The notes: a model not told the origin generated them from the letters alone. A stretch of 64,000 nt of DNA from an uncultured Pseudomonadales bacterium (GCA_964504585.1 CAZDEW010000001.1:29711-93710); one strand, 5' to 3'; counted from the stretch's first letter, positions 39,001-47,047 are shown. A program made the numbers and translations.

Positions 39001-39154
39001 CTGGCCACCCTTTGCGATAGTTGTTGCGGGTGGAACGCTTCTAACGACTATGTTATCTCTTATTCTGGTTCCGGTAGTCTTTTCGTGGCTGACAAAACGA
39101 TCACCGTTCCCTACGCCAGAACACTATAATAATCAGGTTGCCATCCCTGGCTAA
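36017..39154 (+). CDS. efflux RND transporter permease subunit (AcrB/AcrD/AcrF superfamily)
   Basis: The 1045-aa protein has the 12-TM, two-large-loop architecture and lies 24 nt downstream of the MFP gene. Confidence 0.93.
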   Translation: MFATLLANIRATVLFCALILVAGLSALQVLPRTEDPEMSARFAEIITFFPGADAERVESLVSEPLERAVRTLPYVKEIDSSSSSGISVVVIELEHWLGVDELDNAWSDVQEEVQLIAPTLPSGVLEPVLEKDRFPALTLVFGITLQGVKESEQEDNLALLSRYALDLESELLKVPGTEYVETYGDPGEEIQVVLDMPRVISSGLTVAEISERISAADTTLSAGSLSGSGLRMSIEISGRFEDLERLRRIPLRASDNGVLLLGDLASISRVPITPPTTFALINGARGVAVGARMNPDKRSDLWRKETIRRVEAYAKTLPSNVQIDLIFDQDRYTTQRLGNLLANVLIGFSLIAAVLFFSLGWRSALIVSASLPLTILFALAAMNMLDRSIHQMSVTGLIIALGIMVDNAIVMADTVARFKAAGLGRVDAQMRAVRKLWVPLMGSTLTTIFAFLPMIVQEGPTGEFVSDISYAVIFSLLGSFLISQIVVSSLAARFLSGAEQDRNAGWIEVGLKMRTMGSLLRKTILLALRRPLVALALVLVLPVSGFIAISNVPTEFFPASDRDMINLEVFLPQSANAQATRDLIERVSTALATDQEIESLHWFIGSNAPKVYYNLLMNADGAQNYAQAMIKMPHFRIANRKVAELQARFDAEFPEAQFVVRRFQQGPPFAPVEVRLFGNNVEQLAILGEEIKRHLLQLDSVSQAQTSVSSGQPKAYVAADEAVLQVIGLGLADAAIQTQSATDGLVQAELTEDTQTLPIRVRAGGYKVDDGLLLADFPLQGKRDNDALNSGLMGTPLSALADVEFVPVRGSISRRNGERLNSVTAFLKDGALPSETLAEFKQALEDSDFVLPDGYRLEFGGESESSDDAVGGLLRTLGLILTLMVISIMAAFNSFRLTATIFFVAFLSAGMGLLSLSLSGFPFGFTSILGVMAMIGLAINAAIVIIAECRSDAEAVNGSSEAIAQSVMHCSRHICSTTITTIMGFMPLLLAGGGFWPPFAIVVAGGTLLTTMLSLILVPVVFSWLTKRSPFPTPEHYNNQVAIPG

Positions 39155-39196
39155 ACTCGACTAAATCAAGCTGAAGTCCCTTTCTGAAAGCGGCAA

Positions 39197-40312
39197 TCAG
39201 GTTTTATCTGCTGACAGCAATTTATTGATGAAGCGAGTGTTCGCCTGGAATAGCGCATCCAGTGCAGCAGCCTCATAGGCTTTTGCATCTGCGTATACGG
39301 TTTTTTGCGAGTCGCTGCGCGTGCTGGTTCCACTCAACATTGCAAGCGCATTGAGTGCCCCCTGCACAGCTTTCGCACCCTTGTTTGTCGTATCTTCGAT
39401 TTTGCCGAAAGCAAGTTCGCTATAAGTTACCTGACCAGTGTGAAATTGCACGGCGTCGCCAAAACACTGCCCTCTTTTGTCACACTTTTTCAAAGTCGAA
39501 CCGGCAAGAGAACCAGACACGTGAACCGACGGGCCCATACTCACGGACGCAGTTGCTTCGCTGGAGTTAAAGCCCACCCGGCTATTACTCTGCGTGCCAA
39601 ACGCTGCAAAGTTAACCATAAACTTTGGCTCAACTAGAGCAGCCTGTGTTTCGTTCATAAGGTTCCCGTGTCGGAAGTATTGTTTGTACACTGAAAAGCT
39701 CCGCATGCCGTCTGCCATATAGCTTGAAGATTTCTTCTTTACTTTTGGATAATCCGTCGCCGACCAGGTCTGATATTCTGATCCATTTTTAATGTTGTCT
39801 ATACCAAGCACTTGATATCCCGCCTGCGATAGTTTGGACTCAAAATCGCGATATGCTCGATTGGTTATACGCTGAAAAGTTGCCTCGTCGACGCCCTCGA
39901 GTTTTGCATGGACGTGTGTATTGGCGCTGGGCCCTGTCCAGCCAGCGCTGGCGGACGCACTTTCACCCGCTTTCTTATCAAACGTGACTATGTATCTGGG
40001 GATGCTCACTGATTTGACGCCTACCCACTTTCTAGTGTCGCCAACAATATCCGGGTAGGGAGATTTTCTGATTCTTCCCTTCAACGCCTTTCCGGGAATG
40101 ACTACGGGATCAAAGTCGCCCTCTACAACCCTCGGCGCTGGAGAGCTTTCCGCGATCATTTTATTAGCTTGTGGCTTTTCTACCCCTGTTGCCCCACTAG
40201 AGAATTCGGGCTCTGCCGAGCGGTTGCTGTGGTTTTCGGAAACTGAGGGAAGGTTGCCGCATGCACTGCTAAGGGTAGCGATGACGATTAGACATGGAAG
40301 TTTTTTATGCAT
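39197..40312 (-). CDS. lipoprotein of unknown function
   Basis: It has the lipobox LSSAC after MHKKLPCLIVIAT, followed by a 350-aa soluble region. I recognise no family. Confidence 0.6.
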   Translation of the reverse strand: MHKKLPCLIVIATLSSACGNLPSVSENHSNRSAEPEFSSGATGVEKPQANKMIAESSPAPRVVEGDFDPVVIPGKALKGRIRKSPYPDIVGDTRKWVGVKSVSIPRYIVTFDKKAGESASASAGWTGPSANTHVHAKLEGVDEATFQRITNRAYRDFESKLSQAGYQVLGIDNIKNGSEYQTWSATDYPKVKKKSSSYMADGMRSFSVYKQYFRHGNLMNETQAALVEPKFMVNFAAFGTQSNSRVGFNSSEATASVSMGPSVHVSGSLAGSTLKKCDKRGQCFGDAVQFHTGQVTYSELAFGKIEDTTNKGAKAVQGALNALAMLSGTSTRSDSQKTVYADAKAYEAAALDALFQANTRFINKLLSADKT

Positions 40313-40585
40313 CAGTTTTAATCTCTTTGGACAATTTTCGGGCTTTGGGCCAGTTGAAAGTCAATTGCTCGTCATCCCTGATCTCAGATCTACCGGCTGA
40401 AAACACTCCAAATACACCGGATAATCACTGGCGGAACAAATTTGGGCGAAGGGGTGCCCTGCCGGCTTAAAGAATCGGCGAAATTGTGTTCAGCAAGCGA
40501 TATGGTTAAAGTTACAGCGACGACAACTGCTGTGGCAAACGAGTTTTTTTTAAGGCTTGGATTAGTTTTTTTTAACCGAGAATGA

Positions 40586-41482
40586 TTACGGTAAAGAGAA
40601 GTGACGCTCGTTGGTCTGCTTGAGCCACCTTTCAAATTGTTCAAACATGGGGTGGCCGGCATGCCTGGAGTGATAGACCAGATACAGGGTCCCGTAGGGG
40701 GTAATCTTGTCCCTAAACATCAACTTAAATTCGCCTCGCCTGATTGCCGGATAAATGGTCGTGCCGTAGGCGAGGCCGATGCCCAATCCACTCCGCGTTG
40801 CATCGAGAACGGCCTGGAACGTACTGAGAATCATCTCATCGTGACCGGTTAGCGGATAACCCCACTGTGATAGCCAGGTCGGCCAGTTATTCGAATCAAC
40901 GCTTTGTTTGATTAGGCGTACATTAGAAAAGGTCTGTAAATCCGCGTCTGGATTTTTCTCGAGGAAGGTATTACTGCATATCGGTGTCAGTGTGATATCA
41001 AAAATTGGTATGTAAACCAGGTCGGGCTCGTTACCCGCGCCATGCCTCAGGGCTATATCTAAATCGCCTTTTTCGAAAGAGGCTTTATTGGGGTCTGCGA
41101 TAACCTGTATATTGATATCAGGGAATTCCTCTTGAAACTCATGAATGAAGGGTGTGATGTGGAATTGGGCGACCACGGGCACCGCGTTTATCTTGAGCGT
41201 TTGTTTCTCTTTATTCTGAGAGATATTCTGCACAGCATGCGTAATCGAATCGATCGAAGGCTGTATCTTGAGAAAAAAATCCTGCCCAGCGCTAGTCAAT
41301 TCGAGTGACTTGTTTTTCCTGACAAAGAGTTCGACGCCAAGTTGCTCTTCCAGCGACTTGATCTGGTGACTTACCGCAGGCGGTGAGACACAGAGTTCAT
41401 CAGCAGCGCGTTTAAAACTTCTGTGTCTGGCAGCGACTTCGAAAGTGCGTACAAGATTTAAAGATGGAACTCTTTGTGACAA
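40586..41482 (-). CDS. LysR family transcriptional regulator
   Basis: It has the N-terminal HTH LVRTFEVAARHRSFKRAADELCVSPPAVSHQIKSLEEQLG and a C-terminal LysR substrate-binding fold. Confidence 0.9.
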   Translation of the reverse strand: MSQRVPSLNLVRTFEVAARHRSFKRAADELCVSPPAVSHQIKSLEEQLGVELFVRKNKSLELTSAGQDFFLKIQPSIDSITHAVQNISQNKEKQTLKINAVPVVAQFHITPFIHEFQEEFPDINIQVIADPNKASFEKGDLDIALRHGAGNEPDLVYIPIFDITLTPICSNTFLEKNPDADLQTFSNVRLIKQSVDSNNWPTWLSQWGYPLTGHDEMILSTFQAVLDATRSGLGIGLAYGTTIYPAIRRGEFKLMFRDKITPYGTLYLVYHSRHAGHPMFEQFERWLKQTNERHFSLP

Positions 41483-41530
41483 GGTATTGGCCGTTGCTAA
41501 TTTTTGTTGTCTATTTGCCTGAGTAAAAAT

Positions 41531-42175
41531 TTAATTGGCAGTATTCGAAAGCGCCTCTTGCATCTTTAATCGCCCACGTTTCACTGCGCTGTCTGTCTCC
41601 ATAGACTGTTGCCAACGCCTCACGTTGTCAAAAGGCTTGAGCGAATATTCTATGGCGCCGGTTTGCTCGATATAAGCAAAAGCAAAATAATCAGCGATGC
41701 TAATCGCATTGCCGAGGATATAGCGATCTGTTGCTAGAGAGTTCTCGAGAACCGCGAGTTCGCCGCCTATAAGGTCTTGCGTGTGCGCTATTAGATCCTG
41801 ATTGGGCTCTCCAAGTCTGGCTAACTTTTTGATTATCGTTTCAAAGTAAATAGTTGCAATATATGCCCCCAAATGGCAGCTGAAGCTATCTATCCACTGA
41901 TCGAGGCGGGCACGCTGTAAGAGGCCATGTGGAAAAAGGGTGGAGGGGTGAGCGTGAGCCAGGTATCGACATATGGCGCCCGATTCAGATAGGCTGCCGC
42001 TGTTCATTCTTAGTATGGGTACGCGTCCATGAGGGTTGAGAGCCTGAAACTTGGGGGTTTTGTGTTGCCCTCGCGCCAAATCGACCAGAGAAAGCTCGTA
42101 CGTTTGATTGAGCGCTTCTAGGACGTATAAAACCTTGTACGTGTTGTGGGTTGGAAAACCGAATAGCTGGTACAT
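41531..42175 (-). CDS. glutathione S-transferase family protein
   Basis: It has an N-terminal thioredoxin-like GST fold (MYQLFGFPTHNTYKVLYVLEAL...GRVPIL...LSESGAICRYL) and a helical C-domain. The first ATG is at 42175. The track TTG is at 42196. Confidence 0.85.
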   Translation of the reverse strand: MYQLFGFPTHNTYKVLYVLEALNQTYELSLVDLARGQHKTPKFQALNPHGRVPILRMNSGSLSESGAICRYLAHAHPSTLFPHGLLQRARLDQWIDSFSCHLGAYIATIYFETIIKKLARLGEPNQDLIAHTQDLIGGELAVLENSLATDRYILGNAISIADYFAFAYIEQTGAIEYSLKPFDNVRRWQQSMETDSAVKRGRLKMQEALSNTAN

Positions 42176-42245
42176 GCAGAAACGGAGCGAATTCAAAAAT
42201 GCAGCGGTGGTGATAGACTACGCGCCATATTACAACTTTGAGCAT

Positions 42246-42277
42246 AAAAAAACCGGAGCAATTGCTCCGGTTTTTTT
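42246..42277 (-). terminator. strong rho-independent (bidirectional-type) terminator after glnII
   Basis: The sequence A7-CCGGAGC-AATT-GCTCCGG-T7 is a perfect palindrome flanked by 7-nt A and T runs. It lies 28 nt after the glnII stop. Confidence 0.85.
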
Positions 42278-42304
42278 ATGCTTGTTAAGACTAAAGAGGC
42301 GGGT

Positions 42305-43321
42305 TTATACGCCTGACTCTTTAGTGGTCTTAACAATCGCCGCAGCCACTTTATATGGATCAGCGTTTGACGCAGGCCGACGATCTTCGAGGCGACCTTT
42401 CCAGCCGTCTTCAACAGTACCCACAGGGATACGGATTGAAGCGCCGCGGTCAGATACGCCGTAGCTGAACTCGTTGATCGATTGCGTTTCGTGCGCACCA
42501 GTAAGACGCTGATCGTTGTCAGCACCGTATACACTGATGTGACGCTCGATGTTCTTACCAAACTCTTCGCAGACCTTGGTGAAGATTTCTTCCTTACCAG
42601 ATTCACGCATAACGCCGTTAGAGAAGTTAGCGTGCATACCAGAACCGTTCCAGTCAGTGTCGCCCAATGGTTTTGGATGCCACTCAATCGCGAGGCCGTA
42701 TTTTTCCGCAGTGCGCTCCAGAAGGTAGCGACCCAACCAAATTTCGTCACCCGCACGTTTTGCGCCTTTAGCGAAAATCTGGAATTCCCATTGGCCGGCA
42801 GCAACTTCTGCGTTGATGCCTTCAACGTTAAGGCCGGCTTCCAGACACAAATCCAGATGCTCGTCGACCAGATCGCGGCAGTAGGCATTCTTGGCGCCAA
42901 CAGAGCAGTAGTAAGGGCCCTGTGGCTCAGGGTAGCCTGCTTGTGGGAATCCGGGTGGACGGTCAGTCACAGGATCCCAGAGGAAGTACTCCTGCTCGAA
43001 ACCGAACCAGAAATCGTCATCGTCGTTGGCTTCATCGATAGTCGCACGGCCGTTTGACGCGTGTGGTGTGCCGTCGGCGTTCAGTACTTCGGTCATTACC
43101 AGGTAAGAGTTTTTGCGATCTGGGTCAGGGATAATCGCGACCGGCTTCAGCAAGCAGTCTGAGTCGCTGCCATCTGCCTGCAAGGTTGAGCTGCCGTCGA
43201 AAGACCACATTGGGCATTCTTCCAGCGCGCCGCTGAAGTTGTTGCGTACCATAGTTTTACTGCGAAGGCTTTGAGTTGGCGTATAGCCATCAAGCCAGAT
43301 GTATTCCAACTTACTTTTCAT
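42305..43321 (-). CDS. glnII: type II (eukaryote-like) glutamine synthetase
   Basis: MKSKLEYIWLDGYTP...WSFDGSSTLQA...SDCLLKPVAI...FWFGFEQEYF...GPYYCSVG...INAEVAAGQWEFQIF...GDTDWNGSGMHANFS...RLTG.HET...FSYGVSDRGASIRIP...LEDRRPASNADPY is collinear with rhizobial GlnII as I remember it. At 338 aa it matches GSII rather than the roughly 470-aa GSI. Confidence 0.9.
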   Translation of the reverse strand: MKSKLEYIWLDGYTPTQSLRSKTMVRNNFSGALEECPMWSFDGSSTLQADGSDSDCLLKPVAIIPDPDRKNSYLVMTEVLNADGTPHASNGRATIDEANDDDDFWFGFEQEYFLWDPVTDRPPGFPQAGYPEPQGPYYCSVGAKNAYCRDLVDEHLDLCLEAGLNVEGINAEVAAGQWEFQIFAKGAKRAGDEIWLGRYLLERTAEKYGLAIEWHPKPLGDTDWNGSGMHANFSNGVMRESGKEEIFTKVCEEFGKNIERHISVYGADNDQRLTGAHETQSINEFSYGVSDRGASIRIPVGTVEDGWKGRLEDRRPASNADPYKVAAAIVKTTKESGV

Positions 43322-43398
43322 CTTGGTTTACTCTCTTACTCTGTGAAAATGATTAAAACGAATGATTTGGGGTGGTTCCCTCCGGGTGTGTTTCCCCT

Positions 43399-43414
43399 TG
43401 CAGGTTTTATTCCA
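43399..43414 (-). promoter_or_regulatory. candidate sigma54 (-24/-12) promoter for glnII
   Basis: The minus strand reads TGGAAT-AAAAC-CTGCA against TGGCAC-N5-TTGCA. GG and GC are at the correct spacing and 8 of 11 specified positions match. It lies about 78 nt upstream of the glnII ATG. Confidence 0.4.
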
Positions 43415-43530
43415 ACTTTACGGGCTCGACTGTAAGAATCAAAAAGCGCCCTGAAAATAGGCGTTTGCGGCGAAAATGAACTCGGATGGTGTGATAGAGC
43501 CAGAAAAACGCCGATTACACCCCATAAAAA

Positions 43531-43547
43531 CGAACCATCAAGGTGCA
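43531..43547. promoter_or_regulatory. NtrC-like dyad (CGAACCA-TCA-AGGTGCA)
   Basis: It matches 11 of 14 positions of TGCACCA-N3-TGGTGCA. It lies about 150 nt upstream of the predicted glnII transcription start. Confidence 0.35.
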
Positions 43548-43561
43548 AAAAGAGATCAAAA

Positions 43562-43578
43562 ATAACCAAGATGGTGCG
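43562..43578. promoter_or_regulatory. NtrC-like dyad (ATAACCA-AGA-TGGTGCG)
   Basis: It matches 10 of 14 positions of the consensus. Its centre is 31 bp (three helical turns) from the neighbouring dyad, comparable to the 32-bp spacing of the two strong sites at E. coli glnAp2. Confidence 0.35.
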
Positions 43579-43679
43579 CCACGATTTTGTCATTGATCCC
43601 GTCGATTGCCAAGCTCGTGTTGCAAACATGCGATACGCGGGGGTTTATTTGCGTGGAATTTGCGCGTTCCCTGGTCTGC

Positions 43680-44444
43680 TTACCCTACGTCGACGAGTAT
43701 GCCAGTCAGGTTATCCGGAGCGCCGGCATCAAGTCCGGCCCGGACAAGCTGTTCCATAGCGTCGCTGCGGTTGTTTGCGGCGAGTAGCGAATGCAGCTTC
43801 TCGCCGCTGAGGGGGTTGTACAGGCCGTCGCTGCAGAGGAGATAACGGTCGCCGCGCTGCACGGGCTCGACGTTGACTGATAGTTTGAGCTGGCGATGGA
43901 TGCCGACTGCTCGGGTGAGCACATGTGAGGATGGTTCTGCTGAATCAAAATTCAGCTCACCGTCTAGCATCGCCTGCTTCAGGGTATGATCCGTTGTGAG
44001 CTGGGTCAGGTTCCCGCTCCTTAGCCGATATATTCTCGAGTCCCCGGCCCATATTGCATAGCAGCTCTTTCCTGCTGCCAGCAGTACTGCTGCAGTAGCG
44101 CCGAGGGTTTGGCCGCGAAAAGCCTGCCTGCAGGTCGCATGGGCAGTATCCAGCCGTCGCTTGACCTCAGCCAGAGACTCCAGCGGCGTCGCCAGCTGCT
44201 TAAAAGTTTTGAGCTCTTGAGTGACCGTCTTGCTGGCGTAATCGCCGCGACTGAGGCCGCCCATCCCATCACTGACACACCAGAGCCTGTGGTCACAGGA
44301 TTCGACAAAGGCGTCTTCATTAACCGGTCGAACGCGTCCGACGTGCGACAGCCCTGCGCTCGACCATAGAAAACTATCGCAGTTCCCTGAGTCGTGTTCG
44401 TTACTACTGCCAGATAGCAGCGTATCAATGTCAGCGAGTGGCAT
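43680..44444 (-). CDS. PP2C-family Ser/Thr protein phosphatase
   Basis: It carries GRVRPVNEDAF, VSDGMGG and LLCSDGLYN, the PPM metal-binding motifs. Its ATG is 6 nt after the kinase stop. Confidence 0.85.
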   Translation of the reverse strand: MPLADIDTLLSGSSNEHDSGNCDSFLWSSAGLSHVGRVRPVNEDAFVESCDHRLWCVSDGMGGLSRGDYASKTVTQELKTFKQLATPLESLAEVKRRLDTAHATCRQAFRGQTLGATAAVLLAAGKSCYAIWAGDSRIYRLRSGNLTQLTTDHTLKQAMLDGELNFDSAEPSSHVLTRAVGIHRQLKLSVNVEPVQRGDRYLLCSDGLYNPLSGEKLHSLLAANNRSDAMEQLVRAGLDAGAPDNLTGILVDVG

Positions 44445-44450
44445 GCTTGT

Positions 44451-45392
44451 CTACAACGCGTTTTTCAGCGCGCCAATCATGCTTTCTGCTGAGTGCGGGC
44501 GCTCTGAAGCGCTCTTCTGCAGGCACTGCATGGTTAGTTCAGCGAGCACGTCGGGTACGTAGCTGCCTGAAACGGTTCTTGGGTCAGCGGGGTCTTCGCC
44601 TCGAATTTGAGCGAGCAATGTTGGGACGTGATCCCCCTGAAACGGTGTTAGCCCGGTAAGCGTTTCATAGAGCAACGCGCCCAGGCTATACAGATCTGAA
44701 TGGAAACCAATATTAGGATCCTTGTCGATTTGCTCGGGCGACATGTACATCAAAGTCCCCTGTAGCTTGGCATAACCGGTCATTCCCTTGCTGCCAACTC
44801 TTACCGGCGAGTCCAGATCTTCGGTGACTTCGCCCGTATCTCGATTCCAGACTTTAGCCAGCCCCCAGTCCAGCAACAGAACTTCGCCGTAGGGGCCGAT
44901 CAGAATATTGTCGGGTTTAATGTCGCGATGTAACACGCCTTTGGAATGGGCGTAGCCCAGCGCATAAGCGACCTGCAGGATGACATTGACTAACTGGTTA
45001 AGATCGTAGCGGTCGCGGTAGTTCAATACCTCGCGCAGCGTATAGCCGTGCACCAGTTTCATGGTGAAATAGTAGTGACCACGATTGGTTCGTCCTATCT
45101 CGTAGGTGGGCACTGTGTTGGGGTGCTGAAGATTTGCAGAGATTCTGGCCTCGCGCAGCAGACGCTTGTTTTCGATTGGGTCGTCGAGAAATTCCGGGCG
45201 CAGGGTTTTGTAGCAAACGACTCGCTTGAGGTGTAGATCCTTGCAGGACTTAATCAGCGATTTGCCACCCGTAGCGATTGTTTGAAAGAAGGCGTAGCGG
45301 GTATTGGGATTGAGCTTCTCTGGCAGCGCCTCGTCCGTATCTTCCGTAAATAGCGGCGGATCACTGCCCTTTTGCTCGTGAAACTCAAGCAT
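44451..45392 (-). CDS. Hanks-type Ser/Thr protein kinase, kinase domain only (313 aa)
   Basis: It has the catalytic loop HRDIKPDNILI, an activation segment running from DWG (a DFG variant) to SPE, the Lys in VVCYKTL and the atypical Gly-loop IATGGKS. No TM or accessory domain is visible. Confidence 0.88.
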   Translation of the reverse strand: MLEFHEQKGSDPPLFTEDTDEALPEKLNPNTRYAFFQTIATGGKSLIKSCKDLHLKRVVCYKTLRPEFLDDPIENKRLLREARISANLQHPNTVPTYEIGRTNRGHYYFTMKLVHGYTLREVLNYRDRYDLNQLVNVILQVAYALGYAHSKGVLHRDIKPDNILIGPYGEVLLLDWGLAKVWNRDTGEVTEDLDSPVRVGSKGMTGYAKLQGTLMYMSPEQIDKDPNIGFHSDLYSLGALLYETLTGLTPFQGDHVPTLLAQIRGEDPADPRTVSGSYVPDVLAELTMQCLQKSASERPHSAESMIGALKNAL

Positions 45393-45402
45393 AGCTGCGC
45401 CT

Positions 45403-46749
45403 CTATTCCTCTGTCGCGGCCGCTGCTTCCAGAGGTATGGACTCGAGATCTTTCGCGGTTATTGTGCCTGCCGCCTGTTTGAGGCGTAGCGAATTGATAA
45501 TGTAATCGTAGCGCGAGTTAGCGTAGTCGCGCTGCGCACCGTAAAGGACTTGCTGGGCATTTAGCAGATCGACGATATTGCGCGTACCAGCGTCGTAGCC
45601 GGCTTGCGTTGCATCGAGTGCGCTCTGACTTGATATGATGGCCCTCCCTCGTGCCTTGACTCTTGCGGCTGCGGTGTTTGTCTCCAGATAAGCCGACCGA
45701 GTATCACGTAGCACCTGACGTTTTGCCGCGACAAGATCAGATTGGGCTGCAACCTTTTCGTACCCCGCCTGTTTTCGCTCCGCCCATTTGGCGCCGCCTC
45801 GAAATAGCTCCCAGTTAACGTTTATTCCATACGAGTCAGTTTCGTTATCGTTGCCAGCAAACTGGCCGTTTTTCGAATTGGTATAGTCGGCAAACCCGGA
45901 TACTGTTGGCGCGAAGGCGGAGGTTTTTACGTTAGCATTTTCTTTCGAGGCAGCAAGGCGTTGCTTAGCGAGCTGTATGTTCAGGTTGTTTTCTTCCGCA
46001 TACGAGACCCAGGTAGTCACGTCAGCTGGTTCCGGTGGCAAAGCCTGATAGTCTTCCGCGAGTCTGGATAAATCTTTCATATATTCACCAGTTATCTGCG
46101 CGAGTGATTCCTGTGCTATTCCCAACGCAGATTCGAGCGATAGTTTTTCCGCAATTATCAAATCGTAAGCGGCTTGTGCCTCGTGAACGTCCGTAATGGC
46201 GATGAGTCCAACTTCGTATCGCTGTTGAGTTTGTTCCAGCTGTCTGCCAATAGCGCGTTCTTCCGCTAATACCGATGTGAGGTTATCTTCGCCTCGAAGC
46301 ACGTCGAAATATGCCACCGCGGTTCTTAAAATCAGATCCTGCTGAGCGGCTGCATAGGTGAGTAGAGCCTGGTCAGCAGTAGATAGCGCCTGCCGATAGC
46401 CAAATAGAGCCTGCAGATTGAAAAGATTTTGATTCAGCCGGACGTTGTAACTCTCAGTCGTGAACCTGTCTTCGCTTGAGCTTCCGCCACCGCCGAAAAT
46501 AGAGGGGTCGATGGTGGACTCCTGATCAGACCAGCTGTAAGAGGCTGTGAGAGAGGGTAGTAACTCTGCTAGTGCCTGTCCGCGAATTGTGTCGCCAGCT
46601 TTAAACGTGGCTTCAGCCGAGGCGATTTCAGGATCGTTCTCTAATGCCAGTTGGTAGACTTCGCTAAGCGAAGCCCCATTGACAGCACCTGCAGAAGACA
46701 GCAAGAGAGATATAAAGGCGATTCCTGTAAATATTCTGTTTGGCAGCAT
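45403..46749 (-). CDS. tolC: TolC family outer membrane channel
   Basis: A signal peptide is followed by SLSEVYQLALENDPEI...RYEVGLIAITDVHEAQAAYD...AGYDAGTRNIVDLLNAQQVLYGAQRDYANSRYDYIINSLRLKQAAGT, collinear with E. coli TolC. It is divergent from yqiB-cpdA-yqiA-parE. Confidence 0.92.
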   Translation of the reverse strand: MLPNRIFTGIAFISLLLSSAGAVNGASLSEVYQLALENDPEIASAEATFKAGDTIRGQALAELLPSLTASYSWSDQESTIDPSIFGGGGSSSEDRFTTESYNVRLNQNLFNLQALFGYRQALSTADQALLTYAAAQQDLILRTAVAYFDVLRGEDNLTSVLAEERAIGRQLEQTQQRYEVGLIAITDVHEAQAAYDLIIAEKLSLESALGIAQESLAQITGEYMKDLSRLAEDYQALPPEPADVTTWVSYAEENNLNIQLAKQRLAASKENANVKTSAFAPTVSGFADYTNSKNGQFAGNDNETDSYGINVNWELFRGGAKWAERKQAGYEKVAAQSDLVAAKRQVLRDTRSAYLETNTAAARVKARGRAIISSQSALDATQAGYDAGTRNIVDLLNAQQVLYGAQRDYANSRYDYIINSLRLKQAAGTITAKDLESIPLEAAAATEE

Positions 46750-46819
46750 AGTGTTTACAACGAGTCTGGGTGGTGAATCGGTGAGCGCCGATCCGAGATA
46801 TGAATAGTATTGTGTTCAG

Positions 46820-46840
46820 TTGATACGCTGATTGTATCAA
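46820..46840. promoter_or_regulatory. inverted repeat TTGATAC-N7-GTATCAA in the tolC / yqiB divergent region
   Basis: Read directly. A third TTGATAC lies at 46970-46976 and a 12-bp palindrome CTGCAATTGCAG at 46931-46942. The cognate factor is unknown. Confidence 0.3.
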
Positions 46841-47047
46841 TAATCGCTTTATGTCGGCGTTGCTCTTCATGGGTGGTATTTCTGCGTGCGTAAGGTCTGT
46901 GTCTCGCAAAGGCTAACTTGTACGGAGAGACTGCAATTGCAGATAATTACCATCCGCAGAAATCGAATATTGATACAATTCCGGGTTTGTCGCGTGCACG
47001 CTGCAAGCTGGCCGCAAAGACAAACCGGTTACTAATTGATCTATTTT

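Noticed and set aside
42193-42900. A 235-aa minus-strand ORF overlapping the 3' half of glnII and the terminator.
   Set aside because: It is out of frame with the strongly supported GSII reading frame and runs through a perfect terminator hairpin. It has no recognisable motifs.
43336-43629. A 97-aa minus-strand ORF upstream of glnII.
   Set aside because: It spans the predicted sigma54 promoter and NtrC-like sites. Its composition is unremarkable and I see no RBS, so the region is more parsimoniously regulatory.
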